Shown here: piece after piece, positions 1 through 13,300 of the stretch | Layout of the letters: each line of letters starts with the position of its first letter | How positions within the stretch are numbered: the first letter of the stretch is position 1 | Assembly (NCBI GenBank): GCA_964016885.1 | Contig: OZ024743.1 | Span: 90,954,001 to 91,018,000 of the forward strand | Source: Eledone cirrhosa | Lineage: Eukaryota | DNA: 64,000 nucleotides | Reading direction: 5' to 3' | The notes under the pieces: generated by a model | Told to the model about the DNA's origin: nothing | The model's database searches: none | What the model saw: only the letters and a program-made list of their open reading frames with translations | Made by a program: the position numbers and the translations under genes

Positions 1-870
1 GCTCATTAAAAAGCCACAGTGACCCTGACCACCAGGGCGAGTGTCCTCTCCAGTTTTCCACCTCCAATTTACAGGTGCATACTCAGAGAAGGCCCATTCA
101 CTCGGGCCATGCTTGCCTCTCTCACCCATCTTTCAACAAATTGCTAGGAAGAGAGCATTTCCCTCTCCGCCAGCGTGTTGCCACTGCAATGATGATTGTT
201 GCTGGGTTTCCGAATTATAATGGCCATTACTTTTCCTCCTCGACAACAGTGACAAGTCGTTCTAAACATAGGAAATTTGAAAAAGTTAATCAGGACATCA
301 CCGAAGAGATAAGTGCTTGTCTTCAGCCCTTTCAAACGCGTCCACCACACGACCTCTTTCGCCATGGCCACCAGGCAGATAATAACTGCCTGCCCTTCCT
401 GGATAAAGGAAGGCGGCGGGGAAATCCTCACGATGGACTCAGTTGGTAGTAGGATCAATCCAACACGCAACAGCAGGTGTTCGACGTAAACCCACCAGTC
501 AGCAATGTTCGGACACTGGACGAGTGCGTGCGGGACGGTTTCGTCGCCCTGCGCGCATCTTGGACACTTCCATGCCTGTAGAGTTTATCCAGAGCTGGTA
601 AAGCTCCCTGGTAACACTATCAGGCCAGGGACTTCTGGAAGTTGTCCATGGACCCAGGTTCGAAAGTTCTCTCGAAGAGATTGGCTAATTGATTTTTGTC
701 GACGCCCAGAGTCTCCCCAAGGACGTCGTCGCTCATTCCCTCCACTAACCCTCTATAGAACGCCAAGGAAGAGGTGGAGATGTCTGCGCATCATCAGCTA
801 CGCATGCCCAGCCCTCCATGTAGCGGGTGTTGACAGCATATGGACCGCCTGACCATCGGAGCACGCCCCT
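1..870 (-). mobile_element. Degraded Tx1/L1-clade LINE ORF2 C-terminal fragment
   Basis: The minus strand reads FQKSLA**CYQGALP..., then after a frameshift KCPRCAQGDETVPHALVQCPNIADWW (CCHC zf-RVT-type finger), then AKEVVWWTR. Stops and frameshifts are present. Confidence 0.7.
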
Positions 871-920
871 TCCACATACCGTTATGAGGCTATTTGCTTG
901 CAAATGAATCGAATATTATT

Positions 921-1150
921 GGTGGATTGGCAGTATCAGTAGAGAGTCGGACACCATGCTTTGTAGCATAGAGTTACGGTCCTTTATGGTCTGAGTTCAA
1001 ATCCCGCTGAGGTTAACTTTGCCTTTCATCCTTATGGGGTCGATAAAATAAAGTACCAGTAATGCACTGGGTAATTTGCTGGCCTTGTGCCAAATTAGAA
1101 ACAATTATTAAAGTACCAGTAATGCACTGGGTAATTGCTGGTCTTGTGCC
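921..1150 (+). mobile_element. tRNA-derived SINE (family A), with duplicated 3' end
   Basis: A-box-like tggcagtatcagtag, B-box gagttcaaatccc, core gcctttcatccttatggggtcgataaaataaagtaccag (MetaSINE-like core, inferred) and an (att)n tail. Many copies occur in the window. Confidence 0.85.
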
Positions 1151-1429
1151 AATAGTAGAAACAATTATTATTCGATATAAAATTTACGAATACTTTTACG
1201 TATCCACTATGTTAGAGCAAAAACTAATTTCGTCCTTAAATTTTCCTTTAAAAAAAATATCGTGTATCATCTCAATATTTAGGACTGTTGTTCGATTAGT
1301 CTCCCCCCCCCCCCTTCACGCACACACACACAACCGCAACAGCAAACCAATAACACAGAACGTAAAGATATAAAAGAAATGTCGTGATGGCATTTTATCC
1401 GATGCTCTACCAATTCTGCCAATCCACCA

Positions 1430-1650
1430 GACAATTGTTTCAGAATAACATTATAAATATGATGTCGTTAACACAAATATAAACAGATATAACAAATACA
1501 ATTAACCATTACCAGGAACCTCACAAAAACAACACACCAAAAAATATGATCAGAACGGGAGAAAGAAAGAAAAAAAAGGGAGAAACAAAAAGAAAAACGA
1601 CCATCAATTCACCAAGTGCGACAATCGGCCACACATCACAAGAGTCAACA
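1430..1650 (-). mobile_element. 3' UTR fragment of a CRE-like non-LTR element
   Basis: Similar to the reverse complement of 22380-22600 and 2110-2260. Confidence 0.6.
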
Positions 1651-1919
1651 TTTCTCGACTTGCTACCCTAGATTTCTCAGCATGTTTTCACCATGTTGGT
1701 TTCATGCAGAGTATCACTCTAGGTATTTTTCCTAGTACTTATTTCAAGTTATCTCACCAATTAACTTTTATTGACAAGAATCTCTATATTTCTAAAGTGA
1801 TCTATGTATGTCAATAAGGGAAAAGACTATATTTCTTTGGACTATACTTCGTCAGGCTCGAACCATAAACTGGAGGCATCATAAGATTCTTACACATGGA
1901 TTTAACCAGTAATTATTTT

Positions 1920-2267
1920 TTCCAGCCTGAGGCGTTCGAGACGTTTGGTCGAGTTGGGCCGCTGACAGCGAAGTTCTTGTTCATCACTGGCGGCTCACCT
2001 TACTGAGCTGTCACGTGATGCCTGTGAGGGTGCCTCGTTGTTTCAACGCCTTAGCCTCGCCATCACCCGTGGTAATCTTGCGAGAGTGTTGGCCTGCCTC
2101 AAAGTGTTTAGTTAACCCTCATGATGTGGAGCCGATTGTTGGCGGTGAATTGATGGTCGTTTTCGTTTCCCCCTTTTTTCTTCTCGCTTTTATTCGTTTA
2201 TGTTTGTGTTTATCAAGACAATATATATGTAATGTTGTTCTGAACGAATTTCGATCAATTTATAATG
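1920..2267 (+). mobile_element. 3' fragment of a CRE-like (restriction-like endonuclease) non-LTR retrotransposon
   Basis: Translates with a frameshift to PEAFETFGRVGPLTAKFL...LFQRLSLAITRGNLASVL, resembling the CRE C-terminal 'ETxG...QRLSxAIxRGN' signature. A second copy lies at 22200-22620. Confidence 0.7.
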
Positions 2268-2863
2268 ATATTTATGCATTTATATATATACTTGAGTCTT
2301 CTTAAAGTTGTAATGTTATTTATGCATTTATATATATACCTGAGTCTTCTTAAAGTTGTAATGTTATTTATGCATTTATATATATACTTGAGTCTTCTTA
2401 AAGTTGTAATGTTATTTACGCATTTATATATATACTTGAGTCTTCTTAAAGTTGTAATGTTATTTACGCATTTATATATATACCTGAGTATTCTTAAAGT
2501 TGTAATGTTATTTATGCATTTGTATATATACTTGAGTCTTCTTAAAGTTGTAATGTTATTTACGCATTTATATATATATACCTGAGTCTTCTTAAAGTTG
2601 TAATGTTATTTACGCATTTATATATATACCTGAGTCTTCTTAAAGTTGTAATGTTATTTATGCATTTGTATATATACCTGAGTCTTCTTAAAGTTGTAAT
2701 GTTATTTATGCATTTGTATATATACCTGAGTCTTCTTAAAGTTGTAATGTTATTTACGCATTTATATATATACCTGAGTATTCTTAAAGTTGTAATGTTA
2801 TTTATGCATTTGTATATATACCTGAGTCTTCTTAAAGTTGTAATGTTATTTACGCATTTATAT
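2268..2863 (+). repeat. Minisatellite, ~51-bp unit, ~12 copies
   Basis: Unit tttatgcatttatatatatacctgagtcttcttaaagttgtaatgttat seen directly. A single extra unit lies at ~6411-6480. Confidence 0.95.
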
Positions 2864-3820
2864 ACTAGACATGAAAAATGCGCAAGCTCAAAAGTGCCAC
2901 AGAATGTTATAATAAACCTTCAAAAGTGTGGGACTAGAGTTGTTGCTAAAAAATATTGTAATCATTATATATCGTACATTCTGTGGCATCCTTTATAAAA
3001 ATAGCTTAAACCAACGAAGCCTTTATTTTTACGCTATTTCACTTAGTTAATTCTTAGAGTGTAACATATAAAAATATGATTTACAACTATAAAATAAATT
3101 AATTAATATAATAACAGAGCTGCGGAGCTGAAATTTAGGAAATAATGGAGTATCGGATCCTGAGTTGGAGCCAGTCAATTTTTGGCCGACTCCGCAGCCC
3201 TGTATAATACATTTCATATTAAAGTTATTAATAAACCTATTTTACACTTCATGCAAATTACCACGAGATATTGATATTAGATATAAGATACAGCGCAATA
3301 TCTACAGCTGTAAAAGTACGAAAGCGAAGTAATAATAAGTGGCTTAAGGTAATTCCAATATGAAAGTTTGTAGTGATAAAAATTTGATAATGCAATACGA
3401 TTGTTAATATTATAGTTCTATGAAAATGTAACAATAGATAACTAAATTATTTTACTATTAGTATATTTAAGAAATTATCATTATAGATTTGATCGTTCAT
3501 ATAAGCATCATATTAAGTTTCAACACAATTATTTTGTTACTATGAGTATATGATAATAATATTACGTAATTATTTATAGCTGTTATTACATTAAACATAG
3601 ATGTATTTATTTTTATATGTTACACTCTAAGAATTAACTAAGTGAAATAGCGTAAAAATAAAGGCTTCGTTGGTTTAAGCTATTTTTATAAAGGATGCCA
3701 CAGAATGTACGATATATAATGATTACAATATTTTTTAGCAACAACTCTAGTCCCACACTTTTGAAGGTTTATTATAACATTCTGTGGCACTTTTGAGCTT
3801 GCGCATTTTTCATGTCTAGT
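2864..3820. mobile_element. MITE/foldback-like element with ~213-bp terminal inverted repeats
   Basis: 2864-3076 (actagacatgaaaaatgcgcaagctc...) is the reverse complement of 3608-3820 (...gagcttgcgcatttttcatgtctagt). The interior is AT-rich and non-coding. No clear TSD. Confidence 0.85.
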
Positions 3821-4389
3821 TTAATATTTTTTTAAGGCAACGCTTGTAATAACTCTAGTTAAACAGGATATATATTAATAATAAATTATCGTTGTAATGT
3901 AATTAGATTATGTAATTGTTATTATAAATTATCTTATAAATATTAGTGTAAGATGTATAAAAATATTTTCAGACTTTTAATATAAACAACTACAAAAAAC
4001 AATCAATATTAAATCAATATATTATACATAATAGAAAACATAAAATATACAATACAAAAACAAAATATTTACATACAATTGCAATTATCAGTGTATATAC
4101 ATTTTCTTTATATTCCCTGAGCAAATTAATAAGATTTGTTTTTATTGTACATAATTTGATGACTTGTTGGAGTGTATTAAAAGATAGCAACAATTTGTGA
4201 TTAAATTGTTATCTTAAGCAACTCACTTTTTAATAGTTGTTGGCTGAGCGAAATTGTAAAAGCCTATGAGCAAATATAAAAAAAAATACACAAACAACAT
4301 TTCCTTGTGTTATTACAACATTAGATAAAATAATTGAGCAATGTCGTTATATTTTGCTCTTATTGCACATTAATAGTGTTTCTATTTTT

Positions 4390-4545
4390 CGGCACAAATC
4401 CATTACGGCAGTCCATTACTGGTACTTTATTTTATCGAATTAGTAAGTATGAAAGTCGAAGTTAACCTCGGCAGGATTTGAACTTAGAATGCAAAGGACC
4501 ATAACAATACTGCAAAGCATGGTGTCTGACGCTCTACCAATACTT
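4390..4545 (-). mobile_element. tRNA-derived SINE family A
   Basis: Reverse complement of the 921-1150 family (ctggtactttattttatcga...ggatttgaact). Confidence 0.75.
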
Positions 4546-4937
4546 GTGTTGAGCTGGTCATTAATTTATGGTGGTCGTGCGTGGAGTAGAGCAATCGCTA
4601 GTTGAAATATTATGAACAAAACATTTTTATTTGCCGAAGAACATATTTTCAATACTGTTTGTGAATGTGACGAAGGAAATACATTCTGATATGGAACAGT
4701 GTACAAAGTGTGTCTGTGAATAACATAATGTTACCTCATGTTGTTGTCAAGACATAATGGATTTCGTATATCCAGTTAGAAGATGAAACCTAGCCATCTC
4801 GGATTAGTTATATTTCATGCCATGTGTAAACGTGTTTGAGGATAGCAAAATATGCGCGTTAATTATAATAATTAGTTAATAATATTACAAAATATACCTA
4901 ATTAAACTCTTTGCTTGAAATTTTATCATTCTTCGTT

Positions 4938-5002
<65 letters not shown>

Positions 5003-6491
5003 TTATCTAGTCCTTCGCTCAAGATTAATCTATAAGTTTAGATTTTTGCCTTCGTTTAAGTAAATATTACAGTAAGATTTTTAATATAAACAACTACAAA
5101 AAACAATTAATATTAAAACGAAAAAATTATCAATGATAAAAGAAGCGGATGCAACTTTTTTTTTTATAAAGTTATATTCCTGTTTCTTTAAAGAACATTT
5201 CATTTTTGTTCTATTGTAGGCGAAATAATGCAATGGTTTAATAGGGAAGATATAACTTACGAATTATGTCTCTAACCGTGTAACGCTTTTTAAGTAGATA
5301 ACTACAATTGAAAATACTAAAGAAATGGAACCAACAATTCAATTTGAAAGTCGTCTACTTATAGTGACAGTGTATTACTGGTACTTTATTTTATCGACCC
5401 CGTAACGATGAAAGGCAAAAAGGCAAATGCTTAAAATTTAAATTGCCTTAATTCTATCGTCTGCTGTTTCATTAAAGGGAGATTATCGTCTGTATTTAAT
5501 TCTATCGTCTACTGTTCCACTAAACAGATATACCTCCACTATCGTCTCTATTTATACATTTTAACTTATAACTTATACACATTTGATTTGAAATATTTTA
5601 TCTAGTCCCCCCTCTCAATATTATGATGATTTCTTTCGAATGAAACAGTTCTAGTCCTGTAGAAGCCATTTATATATATAATTGAACTGAGTTAAAAATT
5701 CACAATATTTATAATTAAATAAGCTCATATATATATGTGTGTATTTATCTGTTTATTGTATTATATATAATGTGTGTATATACAGGATGTCCCCCAAAAA
5801 TATATACACACTTCAACAGCATTCTAATAACTATTGCCTGTACAGGTAATCAAAGTGTCAATCGAATGTTAGTTTCGTGTTTTAACAGTACAAATTTACA
5901 ATACACACATAAAACCAGTGTATATACATACATGAGTGTGTATACACATACATGAATGTGTATATACAATATATATGTATATATATATAGACACATATAT
6001 TCACGGTGCAACGGTACATTAAAATATAGATGCGGGAGAGGGGGGGGTATATATAGGGGCGCTGGGGATAAAGGAGTGTAAAGCGTGTGTAATTGATATA
6101 TTGAAGGAGAGGAGCGTGCAGCGATAGAGTAACAAATATATAGAGAGGGGGAGAGATGGTATTGAAGGGGAGGAGTGCAAAGCGAAAGAGTAAGAGATAT
6201 ATATAGAGACGGAACAGATAGAGAGAAACAGGCGTAAGTAACAGTGGAAGAGATATAGAGAGAGGTACTCTGATTGGTTGAAAATTAGCCAATGACATAC
6301 GATCACCACCACCACGGCTATCCCCGAAAAATTTTTATAGAAGCTAGGCATATATGTTAGAACACGAAAAGTGAACATTCTGTTGTTTCACACTTTTCGT
6401 GTTCTAACAGATATACCTGAGTCTTCTTAAAGTTGTAATGTTATTTATGCATTTGTATATATACCTATTTGTAATGTTATTTATACAATTT

Positions 6492-6675
6492 GGATTGGCA
6501 GTATCGGTAGAGAGTCGGACGCCATGCTTTGTTACATAGTTACATCTCTTTACGGTCTGAGTTCCAATCCCGCCGAGGTTAACTTTGCCTTTCATCCTTA
6601 CGGGGTCGATAAAATAAAGTACCAGTAATGTACTGGGTTATTGCTGGCCTTGTGCCAAAAGTAGAAACAGTTATT
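6492..6675 (+). mobile_element. tRNA-derived SINE family A
   Basis: ggattggcagtatcggtagag...gcctttcatccttacggggtcgataaaataaagtaccag... Confidence 0.85.
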
Positions 6676-6857
6676 TATACAATTGTGAATAAAATATTTG
6701 TTATATAATGTACGGTGGTTTCCCTCGTATTTCTGATATTATGTGGAAGAGGAGTCCGAGAGCTTCAGGCCATTGTTATCGGGCCTCTAATGAAGCTGTA
6801 TTTTCTTTAGTGCTTTGGCAACCAGCATATGTCAGATTCCAATGAGATTGTAAGCAC

Positions 6858-7036
6858 TGATAATGATGTTGATGATGATGATGACGATGATGATGACGAT
6901 GACGACGACGCCAACGATGATGACGATGATGATGATGATGTTGGTGATGGTGATAATGACGATGATGATGATGAGGGTAATGATGGTGGTGGTGATGATG
7001 ATAATGATGGAGGGTAGGTGTGGTGATGATGATGAT
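6858..7036 (+). repeat. (GAT/GAC/GGT)n microsatellite
   Basis: Seen directly; it explains the poly-D, poly-H and poly-M ORFs. Confidence 0.95.
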
Positions 7037-7552
7037 GTGTGTGTGTGTGTGTTTGTTGTTGTATGTATATGTGTATATATATAGATGTATCTCATTCACC
7101 ATATATACGTATATGTGTGTGTGTTTGCTGTTGTATGTGTATATGTATATATATATAGATGTATATATATATAGATGTAATGTATCTCATTCACCATATA
7201 TATGTGTGTGTGTGTATGTTTGCTGCTGTATGTATATGTGTATATATATATATAGAGATGTATCTCATTCACCATATATACGTGTGTGTGTGTGTGTATG
7301 TTTGCTGTTGTATGTATATGTGTATATATATATAGAGATGTATCTCATTCACCATATATACGTGTGTGTGTGTGTATGTTTGCTGTTGTATGTATATGTG
7401 TATATATATATAGAGAGATGTATCTCATTCACCATATATACGTGTGTGTGTGTGTGTATGTTTGCTGTTGTATGTATATGTGTATATATATATAGAGATG
7501 TATCTCATTCACCATATATACGTGTGTGTGTGTGTGCATGTTTGCTGTTGTA

Positions 7553-7590
<38 letters not shown>

Positions 7591-7816
7591 GATGTATCTC
7601 ATTCACCATATATACGTGTGTGTGTGTGTGTATGTTTGCTGTTGTATGTATATGTGTATATATATAGAGAGATGTATCTCATTCACCATATATACGTGTG
7701 TGTGTGTGTGTGTGTGTATGTTTGCTGTTGTATGTATATGTATATATAGATATATAGAGATGTATCTCATTCACCATATATACGTGTGTGTGTGTGTGTG
7801 TATGTTTGCTGTTGTA

Positions 7817-7850
<34 letters not shown>

Positions 7851-8066
7851 GATGTATCTCATTCACCATATATACGTGTGTGTGTGTATGTTTGCTGTTG
7901 TATGTATATGTGTATATATATAGAGAGATGTATCTCATTCACCATATATACGTGTGTGTGTGTGTGTATGTTTGCTGTTGTATGTATATGTATATATAGA
8001 TATATAGAGATGTATCTCATTCACCATATATACGTGTGTGTGTGTGTGTGTATGTTTGCTGTTGTA

Positions 8067-8100
<34 letters not shown>

Positions 8101-8215
8101 GATGTATCTCATTCACCATATATACGTGTGTGTGTGTGTTTGCTGTTCTATGTATATCTGTATATGTATCATCTCATTGCACATGTTCTATGTATATATA
8201 TAGATGTATCATCTC
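7037..8215 (+). repeat. Compound minisatellite (~78-90-bp unit with embedded variable (TG)n and (TA)n)
   Basis: Constant blocks gatgtatctcattcaccatatatac and atgtttgctgttgtatgtatatg recur about 14 times. Confidence 0.95.
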
Positions 8216-8259
8216 ATTGCACATGTTCGCCATCTCATAAAACATTGATTTCTAATTTA

Positions 8260-8480
8260 GACATATAAGGTCAGCAAATTTGGGCGAAAGGCAAAGTTGA
8301 TTAAATCAACTCCTATACTTGACAAGTACTTTATTTTATCTACCCCGGGAATTACGAAAAGCAAAGCTGACATTAGTGGCACTTCAAATCAGAATGTAAA
8401 AAAAAAACAAAAAAAAAACAGAACAAAGCAACGCAATGAAATTTTATCCGACGCTCCACCAATTCTGCCCATCCACCATC
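8260..8480 (-). mobile_element. tRNA-derived SINE family A (diverged)
   Basis: agtactttattttatctacccc...acgctccaccaattctgcccatccacc; head-to-head with the copy at 8514-8730. Confidence 0.65.
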
Positions 8481-8513
8481 CTCTTTTACCCATAAGATAT
8501 TGACGTGCTCAGG

Positions 8514-8730
8514 ACGGTGGATTGGCAGTGTCGGTAGAGCGGAAGACAACAGGCTTTAAGGCATAGAGTTACGGCCCTTTACGATTTTAGTTCAAATCCT
8601 GTCGAGGTTAGTTTTGCCCTTCATCCTTACGGGATCGATAAAATAAAGTACCAGTAATACACTGGGGTCGATTTAGTCTACTTTCCCCTCCTCCAAAATT
8701 GTTGGCTTTGTGTCTAAATTAGAAACCATT
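8514..8730 (+). mobile_element. tRNA-derived SINE family A
   Basis: cggtggattggcagtgtcggtagag...ttcatccttacgggatcgataaaataaagtaccag...ttagaaaccatt. Confidence 0.85.
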
Positions 8731-9930
8731 GTATTGAGATACTTAACTAATTATTTCCTTTCACTTTATTATATTTCCAGACGAAAATGTTGCTGTTAGA
8801 TCTACTTTGGAGAAACTAATTACAAAACAGATGAGGTGTTCTTGGAACAAGAACGTAGAATCTTGTAGGGTAGCAATAAATAATTTTCCTCCCAGTGAGT
8901 ATAATATGTAATGTTTGTCTTTTCCTCTTTCTTTCCATAACCCCCTCCTCCCTGGCGGGGGGTGAGAAGGTCCAGCGGAACGCTGTAGCCTAAGGAGGCA
9001 GTGGGGGAGGGGGCGATAGAGATGATATAATAGTATATTAAATATCAAATGATATATATATCAAATAGTAAAATAGAAAAATATATATTTATTTATACAT
9101 AGTATATATTATATTCGATAAAATAAAGTACCAGCAATACCCTGGGGCATTTGCTGGCCTTGTGCCAAAAGTTGAAACAATTATTTATTATATATAAATT
9201 AACGATTTTATTTACAATGTGCGTTTAGACAGGTCTCTCTGGAAATAGGGTTGGGACACTGAGGGTATTATGTGGGGGGGGGGCGTGAGGTCGCCCAAAA
9301 GGTTTGAGAACCTCTGCTAGAATCTTGTACCATATATATACGTAGGTTTCCTTACCGTATATATAAATATATATATATGTAACGTTTATCTTTTCCTCTT
9401 TCTCAACGTCAAGTAATTATACTATTTCAAAATGTGTTTATTTTTATTCTATTTTATTTTTTTGCTATAAAACAGAGGTTCCCCGAACTTTTGCCCCTCC
9501 TCCCGCCCCACGGCCACGTAATACTCTCAGCGCCCCACCCCTATTTCCAGGAAGACCTACCTACACACGCACTTACACCCTAAACACGCACACACACACC
9601 AGTATATGCACTCACTTACGTGTATGTACACATGCACCTTCTTCTCCCCCGTCACCTCCCCCACACTATCACCACTAACCTCTCACCACACACACACACC
9701 CACACCTCGCCACCCCACTAACACAACTAACCCCTCATCCACCCACCATTTCCTTCACCCTTACCACCCTTACACCACAGAAACACACACGCACTTACAC
9801 CGTAAACACACACATACACACACACACACCAGTATATACACTCACTAACACACCGACATTACCTCCTCGCATGTCCACTACGCTTTCTACACACACATAA
9901 CACCATACATACATACACACATGCCACTCT

Positions 9931-11300
9931 CACCCACACACACCTGCCTGTCTACACAGCTAACTATCCTCACCCACACACACCTGCCTGTCTACACAGC
10001 TAACTATCCTCACCCACACACACCTGCCTGTCTACACAGCTAACTATCCTCACCCACACACACCTGCCTGTCTACACAGCTAACTATCCTCACCCACACA
10101 CACCTGCCTGTCTACACAGCTAACTATCCTCACCCACACACACCTGCCTGTCTACACAGCTAACTATCCTCATCCACACACACCTGCCTGTCTACACAGC
10201 TAACTATCCTCACCCACACACACCTGCCTGTCTACACAGCTAACTATCCTCACCCACACACACCTGCCTGTCTACACAGCTAACTATCCTCACCCACACA
10301 CACCTGCCTGTCTACACAGCTAACTATCCTCATCCACACACACCTGCCTGTCTACACAGCTAACTATCCTCACCCACACACACCTGCCTGTCTACACAGC
10401 TAACTATCCTCACCCACACACACCTGCCTGTCTACACAGCTAACTATCCTCACCCACACACACCTGCCTGTCTACACAGCTAACTATCCTCACCCACACA
10501 CACCTGCCTGTCTACACAGCTAACTATCCTCATCCACACACACCTGCCTGTCTACACAGCTAACTATCCTCACCCACACACACCTGCCTGTCTACACAGC
10601 TAACTATCCTCATCCACACACACCTGCCTGTCTACACAGCTAACTATCCTCACCCACACACACCTGCCTGTCTACACAGCTAACTATCCTCACCCACACA
10701 CACCTGCCTGTCTACACAGCTAACTATCCTCACCCACACACACCTGCCTGTCTACACAGCTAACTATCCTCACCCACACACACCTGCCTGTCTACACAGC
10801 TAACTATCCTCACCCACACACACCTGCCTGTCTACACAGCTAACTATCCTCATCCACACACACCTGCCTGTCTACACAGCTAACTATCCTCACCCACACA
10901 CACCTGCCTGTCTACACAGCTAACTATCCTCACCCACACACACCTGCCTGTCTACACAGCTAACTATCCTCATCCACACACACCTGCCTGTCTACACAGC
11001 TAACTATCCTCATCCACACACACCTGCCTGTCTACACAGCTAACTATCCTCATCCACACACACCTGCCTGTCTACACAGCTAACTATCCTCACCCACACA
11101 CACCTGCCTGTCTACACAGCTAACTATCCTCACCCACACACACCTGCCTGTCTACACAGCTAACTATCCTCATCCACACACACCTGCCTGTCTACGCAGC
11201 TAACTATCCTCACCCACACACACCTGCCTGTCTACACAGCTAACTATCCTCACCCACACACACCTGCCTGTCTACACAGCTAACTATCCTCACCCACACA
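9931..11300 (+). repeat. Highly homogeneous 40-bp minisatellite, ~34 copies
   Basis: Unit cacccacacacacctgcctgtctacacagctaactatcct, with one recurrent variant (cat/cac) and one private substitution near 11196. Confidence 0.97.
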
Positions 11301-11983
11301 TAGTACTACTATCACTCTCACGCACACATAGTACTACTATCACTCTCACCCACCAACTTCTGTACTGTCGGCATTCCCTCTTCCCCTCCCTCTCACATAT
11401 CCCTGTCATCATCACACTCTCTCCACCCTCACTTCCCACACTTTCGACTTGACCAATTCTGATTCCGTACGCCACGCTACCATTTCACTTCTTCATCGCC
11501 ATTCTCTTCTACTTGAGCTTGGAATTTACCTCAAGTTGAATCCACCTGTTATACCTTCGGATCTTTACCATCCACACACACACCAACATCCATTCAGAAA
11601 CTTAGACACACCTTACACGAACCCACATCACCTACAGACATCACGCATCCCTTTCTTTTAACCACACAAACACACACACACTTGCACCCACACTTCATCC
11701 CACACCGCCTCCGGATTTGACATGATCTCATCTCATCCCACCCGCCTCCCTTCATCTACACTCGCTCTCATACACACCTACACCCATACAACGACTATAC
11801 ATGCACAGTCATACACTCCACCCCAACACACACAAAATGTTTTTTTCAAAACTCACTTCACATGCACTTGCTTCCTTCCAGACTCTCAAACTTACATCTA
11901 CACATACACACACACCTTACCTTCTGTCATCCCCGCTCGGGCCCTAATTTTCTTGGTTTTCCCCCACCCGTTTTGTCCTTTTG

Positions 11984-12045
<62 letters not shown>

Positions 12046-12046
<1 letters not shown>

Positions 12047-13300
12047 GGTTTGAAGGTTCACCACCGGATAGAGCTGGTCAATTCCGTATGGTCAATCTTG
12101 ATGTAATAATATGGAGAGTACTCAACGTAAAGCAGCTCAACCGTCTTCGTTTGTGTAGTTGGTGGTGCGAGTACGAAGTTAAATATTATAATAAAATAAC
12201 AGGAGGCTGGACTTGTGTAAATCCTTGAAAGGTTTATTATACTATGATCATTTCAATGACCAGGTTCCGTATGAATCCGGTGATAGCATCAGGTATTCGA
12301 AATATAATAAATGAATGTAATAGATAAAATCCATGGGGCTGAAAATCATAGACCCGAGGACGACCGACCATCTAGCATCTTTCACTTTAGCCGGTCGCCC
12401 TCAAGTGCTGGCCATTCGGCCTACTTAAGGCTATCTGGTGAGGGGGCTAAAGCTTATAGTGTGCTACTAACCTCCCGGTCAAAGAGAAGAAAAACAGAAA
12501 GAAAGAAGAAGAAAAGTCAGCGTTAATGTCATGCTACAAGAAAAAAGACAGAAAGAAAGAGGAAGAAAAGTCAGCGTTAATGTCATGCTACAATCAGGCC
12601 AGGAATTGCCGCGAAAAAAGTTATTCTAAAGGACCTGTATCTTAACAGAGGTATATATTATAACAGAGGTATATATAGTGGGGGTCTACATGGTATAATG
12701 TGTGAACAGAAGATTGGAACGCTAAATTTTTGTTTAGATTTATAGGATGAGGTTAAAAAAATTAAAGATTAACATTATAAAATTAAAAAATTAGAAAATT
12801 GAAAATTAAACAGTTTTAAAAAATGTTTAAGGTTTTGGGTTGCGAGGTTTAGTTAAAGAAAGAGTCTTTTATAAAGAAACTTTAATTGTATTATAGAGAT
12901 CCTCGATAAGTTATCCGAGTGGGATGTATAGTAAAGATTATGTCCTTGTTTAGCAGTCAAACAGCATGCGGCGACTGCAGGCTCCGGCCAGCCCATCCTA
13001 ACCACATGTCAGCCATTCCAAGTGAGATCGCCTAGCGAAAGATATGGAAATCAATTTTTCAAAGCACTCTAGGAATGTATTCCAGGCTTCAGGTGTGCTA
13101 GTGGGAAGTCAGCCATCGTCGTTAGGCCATCGTTATACCAAACGAGTACTATTAATTTACACAGGAGGGGGATTTGTTTAAGTAAAGGGAGGCATGATAC
13201 AGCTAGAATTTAAAGGTACTATATGGCGGTCAAAAAAATCATAGTATAATAAACCTTTCAATGATTTACACAAGTCCAGCCTCTTGTTATTTTATTATAA
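12046..13300. mobile_element. Non-coding Penelope-like derivative with inverted arms, inserted in (TA)n
   Basis: 12186-12261 is an imperfect inverted repeat of 13228-13300. A hammerhead-like motif lies on the minus strand at 12239-12296. (TA)n flanks both sides. Confidence 0.55.

Noticed and set aside
921-1010. tRNA genes at SINE heads (also 29320-29398, 59930-60003, 61375-61450)
   Set aside because: A/B boxes are present, but there is no complete cloverleaf and each continues into a SINE body.
6776-8268. Poly-His, poly-Asp, poly-Met and Cys/Val/Tyr-rich ORFs
   Set aside because: They are translations of (GAT)n, (TG)n and (TA)n repeats.
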